IMG/VR virus record: IMGVR_UViG_3300005805_000120
Location: 1-51,609 of that record
Source of the DNA: a virus
Taxonomy: Duplodnaviria > Caudoviricetes
Reading direction: 5' to 3' (one strand)
Length of the DNA: 51,609 bases
A program made the position numbers and the translations under genes. Under the pieces are notes generated by a model, which made no database searches, had not been told where the DNA came from, and worked only from the letters and a program-made list of their open reading frames with translations. Shown in pieces: positions 38,756 to 48,634 of this stretch (positions are counted from its first letter, which is position 1; the number at the start of each line of letters is the position of its first letter).

Positions 38756-39190
38756 TCAAATAGTTTTCGGGTATTTTCCTATTTTTTTGGCAAGTTCTAT
38801 GTCAAGAAAAATTCTCACATAATTGACTCGCAGAACATTATTCTCGTTGATTTCGGATATAACTTCAACACTGTCCTGTGGACAACCTATGGCACTTGCT
38901 ATACCAGCACGAAGTTCCGCCACATTGACTTCCTCGTTTACTGATTCGTCGTAAAAATCCCACACTTCCTCAATGGTCGGTGGCTGAACGATGGTCAAAG
39001 CCCTCAGTTCTTTCCCTTTTTCCTCGCCAATTACGCACCACGTGCAGGCAATTTGTGGGGCTGTGGAAGCCCTTTTGCGAACCTCAATATGACCGCATTC
39101 AAGTTTGTGGTGGTAAGAGACATCCCCCCAACCACCTTTTCTGTCAATAGAAACAATAATTTTTTGAGGGGCGGATTTTTTATTTACCAC
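38756..39190 (-). CDS. hypothetical protein with a Zn ribbon
   Basis: LECGH..CTWC; TACAAT 6 nt before the GTG. Confidence 0.6.
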   Translation of the reverse strand: MVNKKSAPQKIIVSIDRKGGWGDVSYHHKLECGHIEVRKRASTAPQIACTWCVIGEEKGKELRALTIVQPPTIEEVWDFYDESVNEEVNVAELRAGIASAIGCPQDSVEVISEINENNVLRVNYVRIFLDIELAKKIGKYPKTI

Positions 39191-39216
39191 GAATTTATTG
39201 TAGTAATGTTTCGGTT

Positions 39217-39747
39217 GTGAAAAGAAATGTTATGGGTTTAGACCTCTCGCTAACAAGCACTGGAATCAGCATCAACGGGTCAACGCAAAGCATCAGGTCA
39301 AAAAACAGGGGTACCAAGCGCCTTATTGAGATAAGGGACAACATACTGCAGATAGCGAAGGCAGAAAAAGTTGAAATAGTCGCAATTGAGGGGTACTCCT
39401 ATGCCTCGCAGTATTCCCAAGCCCACTCCATTGGAGAATTGGGTGGAGTTGTGAAAGTGGCAATAAAAGAACTCGGTTTGCCAATAGCGGTTATCCCCCC
39501 AACTTGCCGTGCAAAATTTGCGACAGGGAAAGGGAATGCAGGAAAATCTGCTGTGATTGCTTCCATTACCGAGAAAACGGGGTTATTGTTTACTGGTGCC
39601 GATGGAAACGACCGATGTGATGCTTGGATACTTGAACAAATGACGCTCACATACTTGGGTTTATCTGCTTATGAATGGAGCCAAGACCAACTCTTGGGAT
39701 TAAACAAATGTGATTTTACAGAATTAGAAAAGGGAAACAATGGCTAG
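39217..39747 (+). CDS. RuvC-like Holliday junction resolvase
   Basis: GLDLSLTSTG, AIEGY, ELGGVVK, KFATGKGNA, DRCDA. Confidence 0.85.
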   Translation: MKRNVMGLDLSLTSTGISINGSTQSIRSKNRGTKRLIEIRDNILQIAKAEKVEIVAIEGYSYASQYSQAHSIGELGGVVKVAIKELGLPIAVIPPTCRAKFATGKGNAGKSAVIASITEKTGLLFTGADGNDRCDAWILEQMTLTYLGLSAYEWSQDQLLGLNKCDFTELEKGNNG

Positions 39748-40084
39748 GTCGCAACCCATATCGCAGGTAGAAATCGAATCAGAGATTATGAGATTACTGG
39801 GGATACTTGAGGAAGAAACTGAAGCCTTTGAAGTGCTTGCTGTGGATGCCGCAAAAAAAGATGCTTTGATGAAAAGCAATTGGGCAAAAGAGTACCTTGC
39901 CGCCAAAGGGTCAATTAAAGAGCGTGAAGCGTGGGCGGACTACAAACTTTCCGACGAGGCGTATTCGTATAAGATTAGTGAGGCGTTGGTTAAATCCAAA
40001 CGAGAGAAACTTTTAACCGTGCGCACATCTTTGGATGCACTCAGAACATTGAACGCCAATGTTCGCATACAAACAGGAACATAA
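39740..40084 (+). CDS. helical hypothetical protein
   Basis: Coupled ORF ending SLDALRTLNANVR. Confidence 0.65.
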   Translation: MARSQPISQVEIESEIMRLLGILEEETEAFEVLAVDAAKKDALMKSNWAKEYLAAKGSIKEREAWADYKLSDEAYSYKISEALVKSKREKLLTVRTSLDALRTLNANVRIQTGT

Positions 40085-40098
40085 GCAGGAGCACAAAA

Positions 40099-40932
40099 AT
40101 GACAACAGATGTTTACCCCAAACGTGTTCTTTCGCTAGGTGCGGGCGTCCAATCAACAGCCCTTTTGTTAATGATGGTCAAAGGCGAAATACCCAAAGCA
40201 GACGAAGTTATATTCGCAGATACTGGTTGGGAACCGAAAAAAGTTTATTCACATCTTGAATGGCTCAAAGGCATAATGAATGAAAACGACATGCCTTTTC
40301 ATATTGTTTCCAAAGGAAACATCCGCAACGATTTCTTAGCCGAACAAAAACGCTATGCGTCAATGCCATTGCATTTAATCGGCGAAGACGGCAAGGGAGG
40401 AATGATTAGACGGCAGTGCACAAGCGAATACAAACTCGGTCCTTTGATGAAGAAACAGCGTGAACTTGCTGGCTTGAAACCTGGACAACGATGCAAAGAA
40501 CATCGCATCACTACCGTTATAGGCATTTCATATGACGAGTCACAGCGAATGAGAGACCCAGAGTTCTCGTGGATTAGACACGACTATCCGCTTGTTGAAC
40601 AAAAAATAACAAGACAGGATTGCATTGATTGGTGCACAACGAATGGTTACCCAAGACCTCCCCGCTCCGCATGCATCGGTTGCCCTTTCAAAAACCAAGA
40701 TGAATGGCGTTACCTTAAACAGACACCCGAGGAATGGGACGACGCCGTGGATTTTGATAATTCTCTGCGAACTTTGCCTCATTTGATTGCTCGTTTCCGA
40801 GGCACTCCATTTTTGCATAAATCTAAAGTTCCGTTGTCGGAAGCAGACATTAGAACAGATGAAGAAAAAGGAATCTACGATTTATTTGGCGATAACTTCG
40901 GTCAAGAATGCGAAGGAATGTGCGGAATCTGA
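40099..40932 (+). CDS. PAPS-reductase-like (PP-loop) protein
   Basis: SLGAGVQS, FADTGWE, RQCTSEYK, IGISYDE..R, YPL, SACIGCPF. Confidence 0.85.
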   Translation: MTTDVYPKRVLSLGAGVQSTALLLMMVKGEIPKADEVIFADTGWEPKKVYSHLEWLKGIMNENDMPFHIVSKGNIRNDFLAEQKRYASMPLHLIGEDGKGGMIRRQCTSEYKLGPLMKKQRELAGLKPGQRCKEHRITTVIGISYDESQRMRDPEFSWIRHDYPLVEQKITRQDCIDWCTTNGYPRPPRSACIGCPFKNQDEWRYLKQTPEEWDDAVDFDNSLRTLPHLIARFRGTPFLHKSKVPLSEADIRTDEEKGIYDLFGDNFGQECEGMCGI

Positions 40933-41600
40933 CACAAACCCCACAATTAACCCTAGTCCTTGGGGATTGTAGAGAGATGCTATCAAAACTTGATATTGAT
41001 TACGAAAAAGCAATTTTCGTGAGTGACCCGCCGTTCAATATCGGATACCACTACGACACTTATGACGACGACATGACCGAAGAGGATTACTACACTTTTC
41101 TTTCCGATGTATTCGGCACTAACAAGCAGGTAATTATCCATTATCCAGAGGCTCTTTACCGACATTCTTATAACATCGGCATTTTCCCCGACAGGGTTGT
41201 TAGTTGGGTGTACAACTCAAACACCGCTAAGCAACATAGGGACATTGCGTTTTTTGGAGTACGTCCAGATTTTCGCAAAGTTGGACAAGACTACAAAAAT
41301 CCTTCTGACAAAAGGATTGCGAAACGGATAGCAGAAGGTAAGACCGCAAGACTTTACGACTGGTGGGAAATTAACCAAGTCAAAAATGTAAGTTCAGAAA
41401 AAACAGAACACCCTTGCCAGATGCCATACGAAGTCATGCGTCGCATAGTGGGAATACTTCCCGACGATTACACAATCATTGACCCTTTCATGGGGAGTGG
41501 AACGACTGGTCTAGCCTGTAAAGAACTAGGAAGAAACTTCATCGGGGTTGAACTAGATGAAAAATATTTCGAGATTTCAAAACGGAGACTCAATGTCTAA
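40908..41600 (+). CDS. DNA amino-methyltransferase
   Basis: SDPPF, HPCQMP, IDPFMGSGTTG; start uncertain. Confidence 0.9.
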   Translation: MRRNVRNLTQTPQLTLVLGDCREMLSKLDIDYEKAIFVSDPPFNIGYHYDTYDDDMTEEDYYTFLSDVFGTNKQVIIHYPEALYRHSYNIGIFPDRVVSWVYNSNTAKQHRDIAFFGVRPDFRKVGQDYKNPSDKRIAKRIAEGKTARLYDWWEINQVKNVSSEKTEHPCQMPYEVMRRIVGILPDDYTIIDPFMGSGTTGLACKELGRNFIGVELDEKYFEISKRRLNV

Positions 41601-42369
41601 TATTCACAAAAACATAGAACACTTGGCTGTTCCACTCACCAAACTTGTTCATCTAGAGAACAACCCCAGAAAAGGAAATATTGATGCAATTGTCGCCTCA
41701 TACAAAGAGTTTGGTCAAGTAAAACCAATAGTCATTAAAGACAACGATGATGGAACCTCAACAATCATCGCAGGCAACCATCAATACGAGGCAGCAAAAA
41801 AACTCGGATGGGACAAAATTGCTTGTGTCAAATTTGAAGGAGATACAGAAAGCGCTATTGCCTACGCATTGGCAGATAACCGAACGAATGAACTAGGAAC
41901 AACAGATAGCAACATGCTGTTTGAACTCCTCGGCGAGGTCGGAGAGCAATACGACAGTCTGATAGACGCACTCGGATGGGACGAATTTGATTTAGCCGCA
42001 ATGGAGGGTGACTATTACCAAGAAGATGACATCCCGTATGAGCCTCCCGTCATTCAACCGATAGCACCGATAGCGACACCTGAACCGCCAAGCAACCCAA
42101 CGGCAGTCAGCACGCAAATGGAAAACGGCGAAACAATGCTCACAGCCCCAAAAGGTACAGACATACAACAGGCTGTAACGCAGGGGGCACCGTCGGTGGT
42201 TGCTAACGGTTCAAAAACAATCGTTCAATACACACTTGTATTTGACAGTCCAGACCAGCAAAGAAAGTGGTACGACTTTATTCGCTGGCTCAAATCAGAT
42301 CCTGGCACAGACGGAGAAACAACTGCGGAACGAGTATTAAATTTCGTTGACGCACACGCTGATTACTGA
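41593..42369 (+). CDS. ParB/Srx-like N-terminal domain protein
   Basis: NPRKGN..FGQVKPIV..IIAGNHQYEAAKKLG..LADNR; GGAG RBS. Confidence 0.85.
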   Translation: MSNIHKNIEHLAVPLTKLVHLENNPRKGNIDAIVASYKEFGQVKPIVIKDNDDGTSTIIAGNHQYEAAKKLGWDKIACVKFEGDTESAIAYALADNRTNELGTTDSNMLFELLGEVGEQYDSLIDALGWDEFDLAAMEGDYYQEDDIPYEPPVIQPIAPIATPEPPSNPTAVSTQMENGETMLTAPKGTDIQQAVTQGAPSVVANGSKTIVQYTLVFDSPDQQRKWYDFIRWLKSDPGTDGETTAERVLNFVDAHADY

Positions 42370-42390
42370 TTTTCCTGTAAGTTTGTAGCA

Positions 42391-43515
42391 ATGGAAAACC
42401 TTCTGCTTGTTGGTGATGTTAGAGAAACACTCAAACAAATTGCCGACAAATCCGTTCACTGTTGCGTAACAAGTCCACCCTATTGGGGTCTACGGGATTA
42501 CGGAAACGATGGGCAACTCGGTCTAGAGCCAACGCCGACCGAATATATTGACGCATTAGTCAAGGTATTCAAAGAGATACATCGAGTTTTGCGAGATGAC
42601 GGAACCCTGTGGATAAACATCGGAGACAGTTACGCATCTTTTAGAGATGGAAAAGTTACGCCAGATACCACAAGAGGCGAAAGCACAGGAACTTTTGTGG
42701 AAAAAGGCAAGGCGTCCAACCGAATGGCATCATCCTTTGTCAACACACCGATAAAACACAAAGATTTGGTCGGAATACCGTGGAGGCTTGCCTTTGCTTT
42801 GCAGGCAGACGGTTGGTATTTGAGGCAAGACATTATCTGGGCTAAACCCAATCCAATGCCAGAATCGGTTACAGATAGATGCACCAAAAGCCATGAATAT
42901 ATTTTTTTGTTAACCAAGTTGCCAAAATATTATTTTGACTATGAGGCAATTAAGGAAAAAGCCGTGTCCAACAACAAGCCACGACAATTTGGTGCCACAA
43001 ATCAAATTGGGACGTTGCGAAACGATGTCGGCAGGATATTTGAAGATAGTGGAACAAGAAATAAGCGTTCCGTATGGGCGGTGACAGTTAAACCTTTCAG
43101 GGAAGCACACTTTGCCACATTCCCCTCAGAACTCATAGAACCATGTGTCTTGTCTGGCACCTCAGAGCATGGTGTGTGTAATCAATGTGGGAAGCAGTAT
43201 GAGCGCAAAATGGAAAAAGGGGAAATACCTGAAAGAAAAACACGAGACAATACATTGGGCGTACATCCGAACAGGTTGACCACTACTCGCCTCAATAGTG
43301 TTGACATGATAGCCATACCAAAACATCAAGTTGGGTGGCAGAAAACTTGTGACTGCGCAAAAAGTATCCCAGTCCCCGCCACAGTGTTAGACCCGTTCTT
43401 TGGCTCAGGAACCACGGGTCTTGTTGCTCAACAACTCGGAAGAAATTGGATTGGTTGCGAAATCAACCCCGAATACGCAAAAATAGCGTCCGAGAGGCTC
43501 GCCCACGAGTTCTAG
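42391..43515 (+). CDS. DNA amino-methyltransferase, paralog of 32235-33599
   Basis: CVTSPPYW, HFATFP, VLDPFFGSGTTG. Confidence 0.92.
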   Translation: MENLLLVGDVRETLKQIADKSVHCCVTSPPYWGLRDYGNDGQLGLEPTPTEYIDALVKVFKEIHRVLRDDGTLWINIGDSYASFRDGKVTPDTTRGESTGTFVEKGKASNRMASSFVNTPIKHKDLVGIPWRLAFALQADGWYLRQDIIWAKPNPMPESVTDRCTKSHEYIFLLTKLPKYYFDYEAIKEKAVSNNKPRQFGATNQIGTLRNDVGRIFEDSGTRNKRSVWAVTVKPFREAHFATFPSELIEPCVLSGTSEHGVCNQCGKQYERKMEKGEIPERKTRDNTLGVHPNRLTTTRLNSVDMIAIPKHQVGWQKTCDCAKSIPVPATVLDPFFGSGTTGLVAQQLGRNWIGCEINPEYAKIASERLAHEF

Positions 43516-43533
43516 TTGAAATAAACTAGGCAA

Positions 43534-44259
43534 GTGGAAACCAATCTCATAATATGCGGTGATGCCTTAAGGGAACTGCGAAGATTGCCTGACTCAACAA
43601 TCAACACCGTTGTAACTTCGCCACCGTATAACAAAAAGGGAATACAAAACGGCAAGACCCAAAACAGTAATCAAATATGGCAAAAGCACAACATTGATTA
43701 CAACGAGTATCACGACAACATGCCCGAAGACGAATACCAGAGTTGGATTATTGAAATAATTAACGAACTTCATCGTGTCATCACGCCCAACGGTTCTATT
43801 TTTTTCAACCACAAACCGAGGCGTCATAATAATCAAGCCAGATTGCCCACAGAGTTCATTCACAAAACAAACGCAAACATCTATCAACTGATTATCTGGA
43901 ATCGCAAGAACAGCCCGAATATACGCAAAGACCATCTGCTCCCAAACACAGAACATATTTATTGGCTGTCAAAAGACAAACCAAAAACATTTCGGGAGAA
44001 CATAGACCCAAAATATCTAGGCGAAATATGGGATATTCCGCCACAAAGACAAACCACACACCCTGCGCCATTTCCTCCACAATTAGTGGAAAACTGCATT
44101 CTTCTGACCACGCAACCAGAAGACATAGTTCTAGATCCATTCAATGGGATAGGCACTACGACATCAGTTGCGAAACGCCTAAACAGGAGATACATCGGTT
44201 GCGACCTAGACGCCGATTATGTGGCGCAAGCGAACAGAGACTTGACAAAGTATTTTTAG
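43534..44259 (+). CDS. DNA amino-methyltransferase
   Basis: VTSPPY, HPAPFP, VLDPFNGIGTT. Confidence 0.92.
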   Translation: METNLIICGDALRELRRLPDSTINTVVTSPPYNKKGIQNGKTQNSNQIWQKHNIDYNEYHDNMPEDEYQSWIIEIINELHRVITPNGSIFFNHKPRRHNNQARLPTEFIHKTNANIYQLIIWNRKNSPNIRKDHLLPNTEHIYWLSKDKPKTFRENIDPKYLGEIWDIPPQRQTTHPAPFPPQLVENCILLTTQPEDIVLDPFNGIGTTTSVAKRLNRRYIGCDLDADYVAQANRDLTKYF

Positions 44260-44270
44260 TTGGTTAAACT
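44242..44270 (+). promoter_or_regulatory. sigma70-type promoter
   Basis: TTGACA-17 nt-TAAACT; a second candidate TTGTGA-17-TAGACT at 44331-44359. Confidence 0.6.
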
Positions 44271-44405
44271 GGGACAGTGTTGGTCTTGGCAAATAGTGGT
44301 ACAGACAATAAAAAGATTTTTATTTACGGGTTGTGATTTACAAATTTAGCCGATAGACTGAATATACTAGAAAGAAAAATAACTAGACCGAAAGGCAAAC
44401 CGCAA

Positions 44406-44918
44406 GTGAAAAAACTGAATGAGGAAATGATTACCAACTATCATCACTCACTTTGGGAAAAAGCAAAAACAGAATTTGGAACCGTTTTCAAAGTCCCATC
44501 CGAGGAAACATACAGAATCAGTGAACTGGTTCGTGGACTGCATGTCCTACATCTATGGCAGGAAAGTGGTGGCGGTGGGAATGCAGTGCGTTTCCTGAAA
44601 AGATACGACCTTCCACAGCGAGCGATAGACACCTTGGTTGTTGACTACCTTGAATACTTCGGTGTTGAATCAGAAGAAGAAATTGAAAAAGCAAAAGTAC
44701 CAGTTGAGAAGCGTGCGGACAAATTCAATAAATTCTTAAAATGGGCGAACGAGCACCATTTTGAACAATTCACGACCGAGCAACTAACCGAGCAAAGTGG
44801 TTTTTCATATCAGACCACCCTGAAATACTTGCAGGAATCACCAACTTTCAGAAAACTCAAAAAGGGTCTGTGGGAAATCCGTTGCGCGAAAACCGACCGA
44901 GAGGCGGCAGGCAAATAA
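44406..44918 (+). CDS. hypothetical protein, possible C-terminal winged HTH
   Basis: GAAAGG RBS; FTTEQLTEQSGFSYQT..FRKLKKGLWEI. Confidence 0.6.
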   Translation: MKKLNEEMITNYHHSLWEKAKTEFGTVFKVPSEETYRISELVRGLHVLHLWQESGGGGNAVRFLKRYDLPQRAIDTLVVDYLEYFGVESEEEIEKAKVPVEKRADKFNKFLKWANEHHFEQFTTEQLTEQSGFSYQTTLKYLQESPTFRKLKKGLWEIRCAKTDREAAGK

Positions 44919-45838
44919 TGACCACTATAGAAGACACCAAAACATACACAGTCCACATCCCCTTACGAGGGAAAAGCGCAGAATCATTCCAAGACGACCT
45001 AGGGATGGAACTCTCCGACCAACTAGACGAAGATGACCCCTACCAAATGGAACTAGCAGAACTTATCTGTGGCGACGATTTCAGCAAAAGGGCAGTAGAG
45101 GTAGTCAAAGACCGACAGCGTCAACTAGAACTCACAATTTCCCGAGGAGCATTAGAACACCTCATCTCCGTCGTTGACTACCGAACGAGTGGAGCACCAT
45201 ACCTAGAAAATGACGCAGAGTGTCGGGCGCTAAACAAATGGGGGCAACGACTGATTGACTCACTCACGCACACCCTCAACGGCACCACCCCACCGCCCCA
45301 ACCACCCAAACCCCAAAAACCTAAACCTCTCACCGCAAAACAAAGAGAAAAACTCACCAAACAACGACACAGACTCCTGACCAAAGAAGCACAAATCATT
45401 TGGAAAAAAATGGAGCAATGGCACGGCGGGAAACCCCTACCAGAAATCACCATCGCAATAGCACGCAGAAAAAACAAAATGGGCGCAGGATGGGCAAACT
45501 CACAAAGAGAACACCGAAACTGGCACCCCAAACCCCGCATCCAAATAAACATCCCCACTCAAATCCCCGACGACAAACACTGGTGGATATGGGCAGTACT
45601 CGTCCACGAACTCGCACACCACGCATGTCCACCGATAAAGGCAGAAACAGGCAAAGGATGGCGAGACAATACCCATCACCGTGTCTTCTACTACTGCATT
45701 AGGCATGTATGGGAGAAGCGACTAAAGTGCGAACTTACCTTCAAAGATGTAAGAACTTGGGGTTATTCGGTAGACCACATCATAGAAAAACAGGCGTACC
45801 ACCTCATAAAGTTCAAACTACCCAACCACAAAAAATAA
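44918..45838 (+). CDS. SprT-like zinc metalloprotease
   Basis: VLVHELAH..HHRVF; TAATG coupling. Confidence 0.7.
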   Translation: MTTIEDTKTYTVHIPLRGKSAESFQDDLGMELSDQLDEDDPYQMELAELICGDDFSKRAVEVVKDRQRQLELTISRGALEHLISVVDYRTSGAPYLENDAECRALNKWGQRLIDSLTHTLNGTTPPPQPPKPQKPKPLTAKQREKLTKQRHRLLTKEAQIIWKKMEQWHGGKPLPEITIAIARRKNKMGAGWANSQREHRNWHPKPRIQINIPTQIPDDKHWWIWAVLVHELAHHACPPIKAETGKGWRDNTHHRVFYYCIRHVWEKRLKCELTFKDVRTWGYSVDHIIEKQAYHLIKFKLPNHKK

Positions 45839-45874
45839 CCGCAAACAGTCCCTCGCTAGATAAACTACAACGAG

Positions 45875-46408
45875 ATGGAAACCGCTACAAAATATCCGTT
45901 GATGCACCTCACCGCCCGAGAGGTATTGCAACTCCGCCAATTCACACAAAAATGTAAACAAAATAAAACAGAGCATCAGGTTACCGACCGCAAATACACG
46001 CCCACAGCCACAGAAAAAGGCATCATCATGCTCGGCAAAGCAGGAGAAGTAATCGTCTCCCGCTACTACAACACAGAAATAGATTGGGACATTTACATTG
46101 GCGCAGACCACGGCTTTGATACAACCATCAACAACAAAAGCACCGAAATTAAAACATCAAGCCAAAAAAATCTTATAATCAACGACCCTGAACACTGCAA
46201 ATATGGGCTGTGGAAACCAGACACCGAACAATGCATCGTCGTATGGTGTAACCAACCCAAAAACCAATGGGAAAACATCGGCACAAACACACAATTTCAA
46301 ATAATCGGCGGAACAACCCGCGAACATTTTTTTGCAAACGCCCACAAATCAGACTACGGTTACGGACCGAGACTCACCCTTAACGCAGATAAACTAATCC
46401 ACCTGTGA
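45875..46408 (+). CDS. PD-(D/E)XK nuclease-fold protein
   Basis: GKAGE..D.GFD..TEIKT. Confidence 0.55.
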   Translation: METATKYPLMHLTAREVLQLRQFTQKCKQNKTEHQVTDRKYTPTATEKGIIMLGKAGEVIVSRYYNTEIDWDIYIGADHGFDTTINNKSTEIKTSSQKNLIINDPEHCKYGLWKPDTEQCIVVWCNQPKNQWENIGTNTQFQIIGGTTREHFFANAHKSDYGYGPRLTLNADKLIHL

Positions 46409-46536
46409 ACCAAAATCGCAGAAAATGCGTCGCAAAAACCGCATACAGCGGAACACCATGCCGACGACAAACCGCCCCCACAGACCGATACTGCAAAGTA
46501 CACAAACAAACAGAACGCAGATAAACTCATCAATCT

Positions 46537-46929
46537 GTGACCATACCCATATCAAATCAAAACCGTTCAATACTCCCATTTGATACAAAACTCTCAGCCT
46601 GCCAAGAACACGGCGTCAGCGTCTTCTACCCACTAGCAGAACACGCCCACCTGTCATCAAAAATGCGGGCACTCATCATAAAAGCAAAACAAATTTGCGA
46701 AACATGCCCAGTGAAAGAACCATGCCTAGAGTACGCGCTAGTCAACGAATCATACGGCATCTGGGGAGGCATGTCCGAAACAGAACGCCAATACGAACGC
46801 ATGAACAGAGGACTCGTATACCAACCGTGGAGAACTGGATACGGACACGAAATAGAAAGCGCCAACGCCATGCGAGCACGCAAAAGATGGAGAGACCGAA
46901 AACTCAAACAAAATGAAACAATTCAATAA
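46537..46929 (+). CDS. whiB: second WhiB-family transcription factor
   Basis: AC..VFYP..AKQICETCPVKEPCLEYAL..YGIWGGMSETER. Confidence 0.9.
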   Translation: MTIPISNQNRSILPFDTKLSACQEHGVSVFYPLAEHAHLSSKMRALIIKAKQICETCPVKEPCLEYALVNESYGIWGGMSETERQYERMNRGLVYQPWRTGYGHEIESANAMRARKRWRDRKLKQNETIQ

Positions 46930-46932
46930 ACC

Positions 46933-47175
46933 GTGAAACCAAAAGAAAAGAAAACAACCAAAAAAACTCCGCAACCAACAACAGCAGACATAACCTTCAT
47001 CGGAGGACAATACGACAAACGAACCCTCCGATTCGTATACCCAACACCCGAATACTTAGTCATGAGCAAAGGAACAGAACTATATAAACGCCTAGACCCC
47101 ACAGGCGTAGTAGACGCCAACTACAAAATCACCACCAACTGGGAAGAATACGAACAAACAAAAGAGACACTCTGA
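46933..47175 (+). CDS. hypothetical protein
   Basis: FIGGQYD motif; within the operon. Confidence 0.55.
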   Translation: MKPKEKKTTKKTPQPTTADITFIGGQYDKRTLRFVYPTPEYLVMSKGTELYKRLDPTGVVDANYKITTNWEEYEQTKETL

Positions 47176-47594
47176 TGTACACCAACACCATCACAAACAT
47201 CGCCCGAAACGGTCGCCGATGCTCATACACCCTCCTCTGCTACGCCCGAATGCGCACCAGAATGCGCCAAGGAGAATGGTTCACCAGAGACGACTACTAC
47301 AACTTCCAAAACAAACAAATAGCAAGATCAAAAATCAAGGACTACACAGCACGACTCGCCCAAGCAGGACTCCTTGAACGCCACCCCGACAACAAAACAC
47401 TATGGAGAATCACCACCGACGGCATCAAATCAATCCCAGCAATAGAACGAAAAATGCATCAACTAAACCCACACGGAAACAGCACCACAGACGAAGCACA
47501 AAAAGAACGCCAAAAACGCCTACGACAAGAAGAAACAAACATCCTGACCAAACTCCTCACCAAAACAGAAAAACGCGCGCCGAATTTTTTTTAA
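47175..47594 (+). CDS. winged-helix-like protein
   Basis: RLAQAGLLER..WRITTDG. Confidence 0.55.
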   Translation: MYTNTITNIARNGRRCSYTLLCYARMRTRMRQGEWFTRDDYYNFQNKQIARSKIKDYTARLAQAGLLERHPDNKTLWRITTDGIKSIPAIERKMHQLNPHGNSTTDEAQKERQKRLRQEETNILTKLLTKTEKRAPNFF

Positions 47595-47636
47595 AAACAC
47601 CACCAACAGTCCCCGATTGGATAAACTAAAACAGCC

Positions 47637-48095
47637 ATGACCGATAACAATAAAAACCAACCCACCCCAGGCACCGAAATACTCCTACACGCCCACCAAA
47701 TCGTCAACCAAGACAGACAAAACACCTACGGACACCCCAAAGACGACTACACCAAAGTCGTAAACATCTACCAAACCCTCACAGGACACCAACTCAACCT
47801 CACCGACGCACTACTATTCATGGTCTCAGTCAAACTCGCAAGACTAAAAACCAACCTAGACCAAGGACAACTCCACTACGACACACTCCTAGACACCATC
47901 GGCTACCTCACCTGCATCAACATGATTCACCAAACAGAAAGCACCACCAATGACAACCCCCAAAACACCCAAAAAGAAACAAACAATCCAACAAGAAATC
48001 AAACAAATAGAAAAAGAAACAACACAAATAAACCGAGAAATCAAAAAACTAGAAAACGAAATCAAACAACTAGACAAAGAAATCGCCAAACTTGA
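47637..48095 (+). CDS. DUF6378-like phage protein
   Basis: IVNQDRQNTYGHP..MVSVKLAR..DTLLDTIGY. Confidence 0.75.
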   Translation: MTDNNKNQPTPGTEILLHAHQIVNQDRQNTYGHPKDDYTKVVNIYQTLTGHQLNLTDALLFMVSVKLARLKTNLDQGQLHYDTLLDTIGYLTCINMIHQTESTTNDNPQNTQKETNNPTRNQTNRKRNNTNKPRNQKTRKRNQTTRQRNRQT

Positions 48096-48180
48096 TAAAG
48101 AACTCAACACACCCACCTCAGATAAACCTAAAAAACAAAAACCGACCAAAAAATTTGTCTCACCACCGCCCACACTGTAG
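47950..48180 (+). CDS. coiled-coil protein
   Basis: EIKQIEKE/EIKKLENE/EIKQLDKE/EIAKLDKE heptads. Confidence 0.45.
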   Translation: MTTPKTPKKKQTIQQEIKQIEKETTQINREIKKLENEIKQLDKEIAKLDKELNTPTSDKPKKQKPTKKFVSPPPTL

Positions 48181-48415
48181 CCAGAGTTCAAAAAGGTTGG
48201 CAGTCCCGATTATGAAACCTATTTTTGACATGATGTTTTCAGTCAATGTCAAGGTCTCGTGTTTGTGATGCGTTTGCTTTTGCCTTTGTTGTTTGTGATG
48301 GTTGTTTTTTATTGGGTTTGTGAGTTGTTGTGGTTTGTGTTTGTGACGAACTTTGAGAGTGTTGTTGCTTCTGTTGTGATTTGTTTTGTTGGGGTGTTTG
48401 TTTATTGGTGTGTTC

Positions 48416-48634
48416 GTGCCTTACAAAAACTTTTCTGACCGTAGGGAGTGGCAACGTTGTCATCGTGAGGATACGAGGGCTAAGCGTGAGTGGCGTAGGG
48501 AGTATGAGCGTGAGCGTAAGAATGCTAAGCGTGTTGCTTCTTATATGTTGTTGCCTGAGCCTGAGAGGTCTCGTAGGTTGGAGGCTAATGAGAGGCGTAG
48601 GGGTTTGGGGTTGAGGTGGCGTGTTGGGGAATAG
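48416..48634 (+). CDS. small Arg-rich protein
   Basis: GTG start, MPYKNFSDRREWQR...; G/T-rich codons. Confidence 0.5.
   Translation: MPYKNFSDRREWQRCHREDTRAKREWRREYERERKNAKRVASYMLLPEPERSRRLEANERRRGLGLRWRVGE

Noticed and set aside
47950-48095. 146-nt overlap of two + strand ORFs as deliberate dual coding
   Set aside because: T-depletion makes stop codons rare here; the DUF6378 tail is probably run-on
48239-48463. Minus-strand Q/T/K-rich ORF
   Set aside because: Explained by the local compositional bias; overlaps a more gene-like + strand ORF
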